A stretch of DNA of 62,108 bases, filler included, from Fonticula-like sp. SCN 57-25 (taxonomy: Eukaryota): the NCBI GenBank assembly GCA_001724245.1. It is 9 parts of 9 records of this genome, joined end to end, with 100 filler letters (N's around TTAATTAATTAA, not from the genome) between each part and the next. Parts side by side here need not be neighbours in the genome. Positions count along the whole stretch, not along the records: positions 6,327 to 12,545 come from MEDX01000471.1; positions 12,646 to 20,254 come from MEDX01000472.1; positions 20,355 to 26,569 come from MEDX01000473.1; 6 more parts are not named here. One strand, 5' to 3'. This document shows, in pieces, positions 11,378 through 22,236 of this stretch. The notes beneath the pieces are model-generated. The model did no database searches, was not told where the DNA came from, and saw only the letters and a list, made by a program, of their open reading frames with translations. The translations under genes and the position numbers were made by a program. Numbering within the stretch: the stretch's first letter is position 1; each line of letters opens with the position of its first letter.

Positions 11378-12545
11378 ATGCCGCGGCAAGGTGCGTACAG
11401 CTCGACATTCTCTGTGTCACGGGTGTCTAACACGCTGTCAGGTACGGGCAGTGACCTCGAACCGTACTTGCGCGAGATCGGTCTTTGCGTGGGTGACGAT
11501 GAGCCGGACCAGCTGCTTCGGCCGGCGGCCGCGGTACATGCCGCTTTGCGCGATAAATTGCGGAGCGACCAGGTCACCGTCGACGAGCTCATCGCAGCAC
11601 TGGAGCAGCACATAAGTGATGATACGCGGTTTCGAATGAGCCTGCTGGCGTGCTCTGGTGAGTACCAGCAGCCGGGGTACGCGCGTTTTCACTTGTTTTA
11701 CAGACGTCTCACACGCGGTGTCAGATCGTCGTTTTCGATGAGCACCATGCGTCTCTTGCTGTCCCAGGAGGCGCTTCAGTACCGGATAGTGTCGCTATTG
11801 CTTGAGAAGCTTCCCGAATTCCTAACGGGGAGCGATTTCGACGCTCGCTTTGGCGAGAGCGTCCCTCGCCTCATTCTCACGCACCTCATGTGGCTTGGCC
11901 TCCCGTCTGACCAGACGCAAAAGCTTCTCGAGATGGTCCCCGTCACTTCCGTCAACGTACAGCGCGAGATTATCGGCGCGCTCCCCGAGCTCGTCTCGGA
12001 CAGCGACCACGAGTTTGTCGTTCGCGGGTGCATCGACCTCATGGAGGCCAACAGCGAGCTCGTCGTCGCCGTCGTCGAGTGCCTCTCACGCTTCAACCTG
12101 TCTGCTGACCTTGTCGTACGCTTGACATTGTGTTTGTTATGCAACTTATATACGCCTAACATTGTCAAATTTACTTGTTTGCCCCCAGGACGAGGTTCGC
12201 GTGACCGTCATGAACCTCTTTGACGCCGTCGAGCTCGGCGACCTCGCTGTCGTTATCAAGTTCCTTGTCCAAAGCGCGACTCCTGCGACGGTGGACGACA
12301 TTATTCGTCACTTGCGTCGCGCGCTCGACGTCGAAGGCGCCGCGCCGGTGCCCGGGGCCGCCAAGGCGCGGTCGGGCAGTGCTCCTTCCACGTCGCTCAT
12401 CCTCGAGGCGTTGCGGTCGTCGCTTCTCGTCGACAAGCTTGTGGCCGACGCCTGGTTCAAGACGGTGTCGGCCATTGGCGCGGCGGCGGACCACCGCCCG
12501 GCCGACCTGCTGCTTCTCGTGATCCTGCACGGCGCGCCGCAGAGG
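11378..12545 (+). CDS. FANCD2: Fanconi anemia group D2 protein, 5' part
   Basis: LQYRIVSLLLEKLPEF...VPRLILTHLMWL...VQREIIGALPELVSDSDH...LVVAVVECLSRFNL; DLAVVIKFLVQS. Confidence 0.9.
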
Positions 12546-12645
12546 NNNNNNNNNNNNNNNNNNNNNNNNNNNNNNNNNNNNNNNNNNNNTTAATTAATTA
12601 ANNNNNNNNNNNNNNNNNNNNNNNNNNNNNNNNNNNNNNNNNNNN

Positions 12646-14672
12646 GTGGTGGGCGCTGTCTCGACGACGGGGGACGACGCCTCCGAGTCGTCCTGGCCCG
12701 ACGACGACGAGTTGGCGAGCATCTGCTTGAGCACGAGGCCCTCCTGCCCGCGGATCTCCTCGAGCGCCTTCTTCTTGCCCGTCCGGCGACGGATCATCCA
12801 CGATGGCGAGTTGGGCGACTCGTCGCCGTCCGCCGCAACACCCGGCGAGAACGTCGCAGCATTGACGGGCGTCGTCATCACAGAGACGCCGGCGCGATGC
12901 TTCGGGGCGGAAGCGACGGCCTCCTCAAGCTCGGCGATGCGCGCACGGAGCGCGTCAGCGTCCTTGACCGCCTTTTCCTTGGCCGCCATCGCCGTCCTGA
13001 GCGCCTCCACGGCAGACGCGCGCTCCTTCTCGTCCTTGGCCGCCTGTGCCGCCTGAGCGCTGAGACGCGTGTTCGTCTCGGACAGCTGAGCAGCCGACTC
13101 TGACACGGCACGCTCCAGCGCGGCAACCTTGCCGGTGAGAGCTTGCCACTCGGCGCCTTCCTTTGCAGACGCCGCGCGCGCACTGTTCAGCTGCTCCTGG
13201 AGCTGCTGCACCTTTTGGACGAGGGCAGCGCGTTCGTCGGCCTCGGTCGCGCGCGACGACCGCTCAAAGCTGAGCTGCTCCTGCAGGCTGCTGACTTCCA
13301 GGCGGAGCGTCAGGTCGGCGCTCGAGCCGCGGCTTCCCAGCGTGCGCCCGCCGCTCGCACGCGCGGTGGAAGCAGCCGTCTGCGCAGCTTCAAGCTCGCT
13401 CTGAAGCTTCTTAATTGTGTCATTCTGCTCGCTGATGATGTTTTCAAGGCCTGCCTCCGCGCTCTTTGCGTCGGCCAGCTTGCGGTCGATGGTCGACTCT
13501 AGCTGCTCCTTGTCGGCGGACACGCGCTCGAGGTCGCGCTTGAGCCGCATCAGATGCTCCGCAACAATCTCCTCCTCTTGATCCTTGTTGGCAATCAGCG
13601 ACTGCATGCGGTACAGGTTCTCCTCGAGGTGCTCGCGCGCTTCCAGGTGCTCCTGCAGTTGCGCCTTGAGACCTGGAAAAAATTCGGTTAATATCAGACA
13701 AAGACAAAGGGACAATAGCGACAACACTGGCGACAATAGCAACAGCAACACGTTAACAATAAAATGATATAGCATTAACATTCTCACAAACGAGACCAAA
13801 TGTTGTAATATGGCGCACTTTTGACCGCGCGCTTCATCTCTCCCGCCTCGTTGTCGTCGCCAGTCTCCTTGAGCCTCAGCTGCAGCATCTCCGCTTCAAT
13901 CCTGACCTTCTCCGCTCTCAGCGTGTCAATCTCTGTGCTCATCTGCGCCAGCCTGGCGTGCAGCACTGAATCGTCGCCGGCGCCGTTATTCGAAGAGCCT
14001 TTGTTGGCCGCCGCCTTGCTGCCAGCCGAGGCAGGGGTGCGGCTCTCCAGCAGCGCAAGGACGTCTTCGGGCGCCTCGATATCGCGCGCAAGATCCAGCG
14101 GGGTCTCGTCGTCATAGTTGAGCTGCGACGTACTGCAGCCGGCGTCGAGCAAAATACGGACGCAATCGACATTACCGCCCATCGCGGCCGCGTGAAGGGG
14201 CGTGCCGCCATCCTCATCGAGCGCTGCGCACAATAGCAGGTGAGCAAAGAAACACCACAGTAATAAAATAAGAAGGAAAGATGCTACCATCATGCACTCT
14301 GCGCTACAGTCGATGGGGCAGGAGGCAGATCCATTCACATTGCATTCCATAACCCTTCTCTCCCCACCGCGCTCCCCCGCGCTCTCTCCGTCAACATACC
14401 TTTGAGATCCGCGCCCTTGCCGATAAGAAATTCGACAATGTGAGGCTGCCCACTGATGGCTGCCATGTGCAGCGCGGTGACGCCGAGGTTAGAGGCGTAC
14501 GTGAGCGGCACTCCGTTCGCCAAGCATTCCTTCAACTTGTCAAGCTCACCCGTCTCCGCCGTATTAAGATACATGTCATAGTAGGAAAAATGAACGTTGC
14601 GTCCTTTATAATAATGGGCACGGTTAGCATCCCCAGTGAATGCCAAACAAAAAACACCGTACCCTTCGCCAT
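12646..14672 (-). CDS. MYPT/PPP1R12-like protein: RVxF motif, ankyrin repeats, long coiled coil; 3' truncated
   Basis: Spliced start MAK|GRNVHFSYYDMYLNTAETGELDKLKECL; GVTALHMAA and GGTPLHAAA ankyrin repeats; Glu/Ala/Gln-rich heptads. Confidence 0.7.
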
Positions 14673-15103
14673 TTCGAGTGCTACGAGGAAAATTTAACTC
14701 TCGAGAATCTCATAGGAATGCGAAAAAGTTCACTCTCGGTTCGGTTCCTCCTTCCACTGCTGCCCTCGTGCAACCTATCGCTCCTCGTCCGGGGAACAAG
14801 AGCAGCAGTATTGCACACACAAAGAGAACGAGGACTCGGCGCCCGACCGTAGCGGAGTCAAGAAAGAGTCAACAGCAGGGCGGGAAAAAGGGGAAGGCTA
14901 TGTGATTGCTGTGTGATTGGTCGATCATCGAGTGACGTCAGCGATGACGTGAATGTCTACAATGATAGGAACGCGATGGCATGCATTCAAATAACTCTAC
15001 GAAAACGAAAGCAATAATACAAAATACAGTATGCAAATATCGGTACAAAATTAAAGAGTTTTCGCTTGCTACTTATTTCCCAGTCGGAATAGAAACCGAG
15101 CGG

Positions 15104-16961
15104 CTACTGAAACTTGTTAAGCTGGTCGAGAATAAGCGTGTTCCGTATCCTCGCCGTGATGTTTGACATGGTAGCGACGAGCGAAGTCTCCTTGGACGAC
15201 GACTTGCGTTCCGTAAACACCGCCACCTAGCCGCGCAGTCAGTTATACTCGAAAGAGTTGCGCCCTACTGCGCACCAGAAACACGCGGGGATCGACCATG
15301 CTGATGAGGTACAGCACCGAGATGCGCTTATCAAAAAAGACAATGGGCTGTTCGCGCGACATGGTCAGGTCGTCGCGGTTGTCCATGATAATACTAATGA
15401 CGTTGGGCAAATGGTCGATCGGGAAGACGGCCTTTGGCAACGGTTAGCCAGATTTTCGCGCGAAGCATCAACTGTATCGCACCGAAGGAATGGAAAAAAT
15501 GGCGGGAAACGAGTTGAGGCCCGTTGGCGGCCTGTACGGCATGCCGGGCGTCACGTACCCGCTGGGAGAGAACGGCTCCCACTCGGCCGACGATACTTCA
15601 TATATGAGCGATACGGCATGCGCGTCCGACTTTTTCTGAAACTGCTTCAAACTGGGTGCGAAGCGGGTGAGCACACATCGACAAAAGCAGCCGATGCCGT
15701 ACGCAGAAACAAACTCGCCTTCCAGTTTCGCAGCTTGCAGTTTACCGCCTTCAGCTCCGGTTGCGACGACGCTATCGTTCATTACAATGGCGTAAAAGTA
15801 TAGCGTCGCCTTTGCCAGCAGCGAGCAGTAGAAATCGTAGAGCCACAGGTAGTGGTTTGGGATTCCGCCGGCCACTGCGACACTCGTGATCGACGCGGTC
15901 GACGGGGACGACGCCGTCGACGAGGGGTCAAATGCGAGGGAAGCGCTCGATGAGGACGTTACAAACGAACTGGTTGAGAAACGGTGCGGTTTCTGTGCAT
16001 CAAAAGTATGTAATTAGCACCTTAGTATCTTAAGATAGGATGGCGTACCTTTGAGTTGTCCACCAGGCCGCACTTGGCCCTCCACAGGTCCAAATCACTC
16101 TTGACGCGATAGAGGCATACCATTGTGTCCTTGTAGGCGTACGTGGTAAGGAACTGCTGTGTCCTCAGCAGGTAAAGCAAAATGCTTGTCTCGTAGAGAA
16201 ATTGGTGGCGAAGGAGGGTCAAGTACGGGTGGAAGAAGCTGCGCTTGTGGTCATCCAGCAGCGTGCTCAAAAGATCTATGGTGGCCGGCACGTCAAAGGT
16301 CGCCTGAGTATTCGACATCGACCGATAACTGTGTGGGCCGTTAGACAAGTATTCGCAAGGCCTCTCGTGGCAATAAGGCGCGCACATGTTGATGAGCCGC
16401 TGCCGCGTGCCGATAAATGTGCTGACTTGATCGAGGAGCTCGATGACGAACCGGGTGTCGCTCGAAGACAACGACGTGCTCAGCGCAGCTGCATTCGACG
16501 ACATCATCCGCTGAATGTCCTCGAGCACAGAGCTATACACCATCCCGAGAGACTAGCAACGAAACGTTAGACGAGAGCGCGAGATGCATCGAACGACCAC
16601 CTGCCCCCGATCTACACTCACAATTGCACACGACAGACGCCCCCACCCAAGACAAAGCAAACAAACGCACATCCTTCTTGAACCACTTTTGCTTCATGTA
16701 CGCATAGCTCGAGTACAGCGACTCGCACGACGTGATCCTCGAAAGAACGCTACTCAACTGCGGAAAGTGGTGTGCCTGGTGGAACACCTGCGCATTGACA
16801 CGAATTACCCTGTGTGATGATTGGTAGTCGTATCTCCCGAGCGATTCAAAGCAGTCATGAAGCGCGTCCTCGAGCGTGGTCGCGTGCGCCGCCGAAATAG
16901 ACGAGAGCGACGGCGACGGCGACGTCGTCGTCGCCGCCTGGCCCGCGCGCCCTGGCAGCAT
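15104..16961 (-). CDS. KICS2: KICSTOR subunit 2 (C12orf66), multi-exon
   Basis: FESLGRYDY, LLAKATLYF, HLPNVISIIMDNRDDL...FFDKRISVLYLISMVDPRVFLV resemble C12orf66 blocks. Confidence 0.8.
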
Positions 16962-17053
16962 CGCGTATGGTGGAAATAACCAAGAGAGTTTCGTGACATG
17001 ATTTATCATCTTTGGCTTTGTCTCGATCCCCCGCACGCGATCGCCGAGCCAAC

Positions 17054-17841
17054 ATGGTCGCGGCATGGTACATGGACTCTTCTTCGGAGGACCAGCGTCT
17101 CCCTCACAAGGTGCGCCATTCACTTTGCTTCAGTTGACATGCTGACTGCTGCAGCAATCGCCTGATGCCCCGTGCGACCTGGATACGCTCGCCAAGACGG
17201 GCGTGCTGTACATCCCGCTCGGCGTCGAGGACTACGAGAACAAGCTCGAGGCCGTTTGCAAGGAACGCAGCTACAAGAACAGGGACGAGATTTGTGTGTC
17301 GCCCGACCGCCTGCCCAACTACGAGGACAAGATCAAGACGTTCTACCAGGAGTACGTATACGAATTGCTCGGATGCTGGATGGGGGATGGCATGAATTTC
17401 GGTACTTTCGCCGCTTATGCCGTCTTTTCAATTTCTGTGCTTGGTAATGTTTGTTGTTGCCCACTTTGTGTTTGTTTATTTTTCGTACATGCTGATGCTT
17501 TCAATAGGCACCTTCACGAGGACGAAGAGATCCGCTTCTGCCTCGAAGGCTCGGGCTACTTTGACGTGCGCGACGCTCAGGAGAGATGGATCCGTATCCA
17601 GGTCGCCCCTGGAGACCTCATTATTCTTGTACGACTTTTATTTTTGCCAGGTCGCTTTGCTGCTTGCTTACCCGCTCTGTGCCAGCCCGCCGGCATCTAC
17701 CATCGGTTTACAAATGACTCGAACAACTTTATTCGTGCCATTCGGCTGTTCAAGGAGGAGCCCAAGTGGACGCCTATCAACCGCCCTGCCGACGACAACT
17801 CATTCAGGATTGCTTACCTGAACGAGTTCATCAAGAATTAA
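17054..17841 (+). CDS. ADI1: Acireductone dioxygenase, multi-exon
   Basis: MVAAWYMD...[48 protein letters not shown]. Confidence 0.95.
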
Positions 17842-18089
17842 CGCTGCATATCGCATTTTGTATTGCAAGGCGCTGATACTTTACCCAAAGCGAAATATAG
17901 CGCCTCTTAGTATTTAATTGTTTTTTCGTTCAGCTCTCTTTCTATGCTCTTTTCTTTTATGTAGTACTATATTCGGTACAGTAGGGCGACACACACGATC
18001 CATACTATCCATAGTCACGCATAAAAATGAAACCATCAAAAGTCTGCCCCCGAGTCTGGCCGCGATCATCCTGCACTGCACCCGCCGAC

Positions 18090-18819
18090 ATGCTGCACAC
18101 TTGGTCGAAGCGTTTCAATGCGCTGGCCGCTCTGTCGTTCTCGACAGTGATGGTCATTGCTGGAATTCTTTCTGCTGTGACGCTTGTCCAGTCTCCCATT
18201 GCGCCTGCTACAATTCGGACCATGGGCAACGCGCCGCGCGTCGTCATGGCCAGGGACAATTACAGCAAGGTCTCCAACCACCTCGCCGTCGTTGATCTCG
18301 GCCTCGAAGTCGGTACGTTATGAGAAGAAAGAGGACGAGTGTAATGGGGAAGATGGGGTGGAGGCGTGGGTGTGGAACGTTTTTTGCGCTCGATCGCTAA
18401 CCGTGTCTGTAGATCTTCGAGATCTGTTCCGCTGGAACACAAAAATGGCGTTTGTCTACGTGCTGGCGCAGTATTCTACACCTGCTGACGTATGCCGCTT
18501 GGTCAATATTGTAAACAACTGTACTGACGCTTTATAGTCGGATAATCAAATTGTACTATGGGACAAGCGCGTTCTCCGTGGCGACGACCTTGTGCTCAAC
18601 ATCGGCCCGCTCAAGTCACACTATGCCTTGTTCGACCGCTCAAAGGGCCTTTTGTACGCGCCGCCCATGTGCTAAAAAGGCAGTTACTGACGCTACCGTG
18701 ATAGGGATGCCAACGTGACCTTGACGTTCCACTGGAACATTATTCCCTATGCCGGCTTCCTGTTTGATACGTCATCTGGTGAAACATCCATCCAGTTGCC
18801 AAGTTCCCTTTCCCAATGA
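18090..18819 (+). CDS. SPCS3: Signal peptidase complex subunit 3 (SPC22/23), multi-exon
   Basis: MLHTWSKRFNA, DLRDLFRWNTKMAFVYVLAQY, NQIVLWDK, LTFHWNIIPYAG. Confidence 0.9.
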
Positions 18820-19007
18820 CATGTATCAGTGTACTTTTACCGTGGGGACCTGGTGTGGACTTGTAGCGCTACGCTCTTCCTCCTGTTAATAGACTCCCNT
18901 TTTCCAGCCTCAGCATTAACAAGCAATGTATGTTGGGTACATGTATATGAATTGGTAACAAAATGGATCCCGGCTGGAGACCGGACAAATACGTGTGTGC
19001 GCAGCGG

Positions 19008-19780
19008 TTACTTTTCGCGAGAGGAAAAAGTCAGATCTTCGATGCGAACGACGATGGTGTCGCCCTTGACGACGTACGAGGGAACCTGCACCTTGACGCC
19101 GTTCGCGAGCACGGCATCCTTGAACCTACATTCAAACATATGAGTGCCCACAGGCAACAAACAAAAAGGCTCCACTGTAAAGCGTACGTTGGCGAAGCCT
19201 GCTGGCCTTTGATATCCGCATACTCGACGACCGCGCTGGCAAACTTGGGCAGCTCGATGGACAAAACCTCGTCCCCGAGCAGCTGCGCCGACACCACCAT
19301 GCCCTCGGTCAAAAACTTGGACACCTGCGAAGGACCCAACACAACGCTGCTTGGGACCTCGATAGTCTCAAAGGTCTCGGTGTTCATGCAAAACAGCGAG
19401 TCGTCCTGCGAGTAGAGGTACTGGAGCGGCTTGGTGTCCATTTGTACGCCTGCGGTGAAGGGCCCAAACATCAGCAAAACAGCAACATAAGTAAAGGAGA
19501 AATTGCATGACAGTACGCACGCTCAACCATGTCGGCAACGCGGAAGCGCTCGCTGCCCTTGTTCCCTGACTTGAGCTCCCTGTACTCGAGCTGCACGTAC
19601 GACTTGCCGCGGCCGCGCTCAATCCTCGACGTGCTAATGACAGTACACATGCGATCGTCAATCTCAATTACTTCACCCACGCGAATAAGATTAGCCGCTT
19701 GCTTGTACTCGCGGACGCTGAGGCGCCCGAGAGGCGACGCGGCCAACGATACAAGAGCACGTTTGCTTTGGCGGGACCAT
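19008..19780 (-). CDS. efp: Organellar (mitochondrial-type) translation elongation factor P; start uncertain
   Basis: ANLIRVGEVIEIDD...RGRGKSYVQLEYRELKSG...ERFR; LQYLYSQDDSLFCMNTETFE; FKDAVLANGVKVQVPSYVVKGDTIVV: the three EF-P domains. Confidence 0.85.
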
Positions 19781-20254
19781 GGCCTCGTCGGGAGCCGTGG
19801 TGAACGCGGTCCGCCCCCAGTTCCGGCAATATGTTTCAACTCTGTTTGCGCCGACGTTAAAGGTGGCCCACTCGGAGAGTGTAGAGAGCTATCGCCTTAT
19901 GCTGCGCGCCGGCCTCATCCGCCGCAGCTCGAACGGCATCTACAGCCTGCTTCCGCTGGGCGTTCGCGCCCTGACCAAGTTGGAGGCAGTAATCGACGAC
20001 GAGCTCTTTCGTATCGGTATGCGCTCAGGCTTCCTGGGTTGCTCCAGCTAACGTGCGCGAGTAGGTGGCCAGAAGCTTTCGCTCCCTCTTTTATTCCCGG
20101 CAGAGCTATGGCATACGACCGGTCGCTTTGAGTCGTCCGGGCCCGAGCTGTTTCGCCTGACAGATCGCCACGACGGGTCGTATCTGCTGGCGCCCACGGC
20201 AGAGGAGGAGATCACGTCGCTGGTCGCGTCGTCGGTACGGTCATACCGTGATCT
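19779..20254 (+). CDS. PARS2: Bacterial-type (mitochondrial) prolyl-tRNA synthetase, 5' part
   Basis: STLFAPTLK...LMLRAGLIRRSSNGIYSLLPLGVRALTKL; ELWHTTGRF...PELFRLTDRH...LAPTAEEEIT. Confidence 0.92.
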
Positions 20255-20354
20255 NNNNNNNNNNNNNNNNNNNNNNNNNNNNNNNNNNNNNNNNNNNNTT
20301 AATTAATTAANNNNNNNNNNNNNNNNNNNNNNNNNNNNNNNNNNNNNNNNNNNN

Positions 20355-21006
20355 CTTGCTGACACACCAAAAGGGATGGCAGACGGGCACCTTTGCCCTC
20401 GAGTGCGCCCTCGGCGGCCTCGCGACCGTCGCCCTATCAGCGCTCACCGACTTTCTCGCCGCCCAAGACCACGTGGTTGACTCACCTTTGGTCGCCGGGC
20501 TGCGCGACACGGTCGTCCGCATGAGCTCATCACGTGGCCTTGAGCTTATCCAATCGCCTGCGACGGCCGCCGAGGCGCTCGCTGTTGGCATGGCCCTTGC
20601 GCGGTGCGTGCCAAAGATGTATCGACTTGATGCAGGTGAGGAGGCGGCGCAGGCGGGAAGCGAAGTTGGCGCGGGAATCATATCAGAATGGGTCGAGGCG
20701 ACACTCTCGTGTCCTTTTGACGGTACGAAAGGGGAAAAAATGGGTATGTATGCTGACGTGTTGATAGTGCAAGGTGATTTGACGCCGTCGGCGGTGAGCG
20801 ATGCGCTTCTCAACTACATGTACGGCACAACGACCAATCAAATGTGCGCACTTTCCTATACGTCATTGTCTTTCTAATTAACTATGAATATCAGAGAACC
20901 GGTCCAGTATACGATGCCGCAGCAGGACGGCAGAGCCGTGCAGGAGGCGCTCGACAGGTTTGCGCAAAAATATCTTCCGTCAAACAACGTGACGTACATC
21001 TCCTAG
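20355..21006 (+). CDS. Hypothetical protein, 3' part, multi-exon
   Basis: Open frame from the gap, canonical introns, last exon EPVQYTMPQQDGRAVQEALDRFAQKYLPSNNVTYIS*. Confidence 0.5.
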
Positions 21007-21096
21007 ATATGCACTGGAAGCTCAATCGTGCCACGTGCCACATATACGTATATGCTAAATTGTATATAATATTACATGATTACAATACAAAAAACG

Positions 21097-22188
21097 CTAT
21101 GAATAGCCATGTGAATCGAGGTGGACCGTCTCGGCCGTCCCTTGAGGCTAACAAACACGTCAGTAAAAAAGAATGAATATTGAAATGCGTACCAGGCGAG
21201 ACGATTTCACCACGTGGAAAGTGCGAAGCGACGGCCGCGCTCTATCCGGCCGCTGTACGAGCAGCTGCGTCGTCGAGGCAAAGCTCCATGAGGTGCCGAG
21301 GGCAGCGCGGGGGCCGAGCGGACCGCCAGCCACATGATTCGTCGTCTAAAAGGCACGCTTTTCAGCAACAAAAGATAAGTAAAATGTGCGTACAATGACG
21401 GCAATGTCGTGGTCAACGGCGATAGAAAGGAGCGTGCGGGCGACTTGCGCGACGGCGCCGTTGGCAATGTTGCGGGCTGGGCCGGGGACGAGCGCGGGCG
21501 CGACAATTGGCGCGACTGAGTCTACAATAAGCATTTTTACGCCGCTTTCCTACATGAATTATAAGCAAAATAAAGTAAATTATTCAATACGCGTACTGTG
21601 CTTGCTAAGGAAGCCGACATGGATTCAAGAAGCGAAAGAAGTTCTGGAAGCTCAAAGGCGCTGAAGACGACGATTCTTTGGAGCGTTTCGGGGATCTGGC
21701 CGGGGGCGACACCAAATAGGCGCCCAGCAAGGATGTCACGCACGCGCTGAGCGCTGAATGACCCCGTCGTGTCAATAAAGTAGACGGTGTGTGGCGAGAG
21801 GGCGACGGCGGCTGCGGCCATTTGTAGACATAATTGTGTCTTGCCGGCACCCGATGCACCGACAATCTCGGTCACTTCGCCCGTGTACACGCCGCCGCGA
21901 AGCAACGAGTCAGCCCCATTGCATGCACTCGCAAAAATGACAACACGACTGAGCGCGCGGTCATAAAGCTCGCTCCCGCGCAGGGGTTCGCATGCGAGCC
22001 GGCCGACCTCCTCGGCGCGGACGGCCTCAAACTCGGCCAATGTGACGTGCGCATGGTCGACAAGAAAGAGCGGGTCAGAGCATATAATGTCCCGTGCTAA
22101 AGAAAGTTGTTAGGCTGACGCAGAAAACAACGACAATATGCGCACGCGAGCGGACACCGGCTGCCCGTAACCGATCCCTGACCGACAT
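21097..22188 (-). CDS. RAD51D: RAD51 paralog D, multi-exon
   Basis: LLRGGVYTGEVTEIVGASGAGKTQLC (Walker A), VYFIDTTGSFS, LIVDSV (Walker B), TNH...ALGTSW. Confidence 0.85.
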
Positions 22189-22195
22189 GCGCTTG

Positions 22196-22230
22196 TTTGA
22201 AACGAAACGCACTGCGAATTTCCCGCCAAA
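22196..22230. promoter_or_regulatory. E2F site (TTTCCCGCCAAA) and CHR-like TTTGAA in the 48-bp RAD51D/NOL9 divergent spacer
   Basis: TTTGAA 22196-22201, TTTCCCGCCAAA 22219-22230. Confidence 0.45.
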
Positions 22231-22236
22231 ATCAAA

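Noticed and set aside
18899-18899. Single N between SPCS3 and EF-P
   Set aside because: Ambiguous base or scaffolding join in intergenic DNA; does not affect the EF-P/ProRS junction
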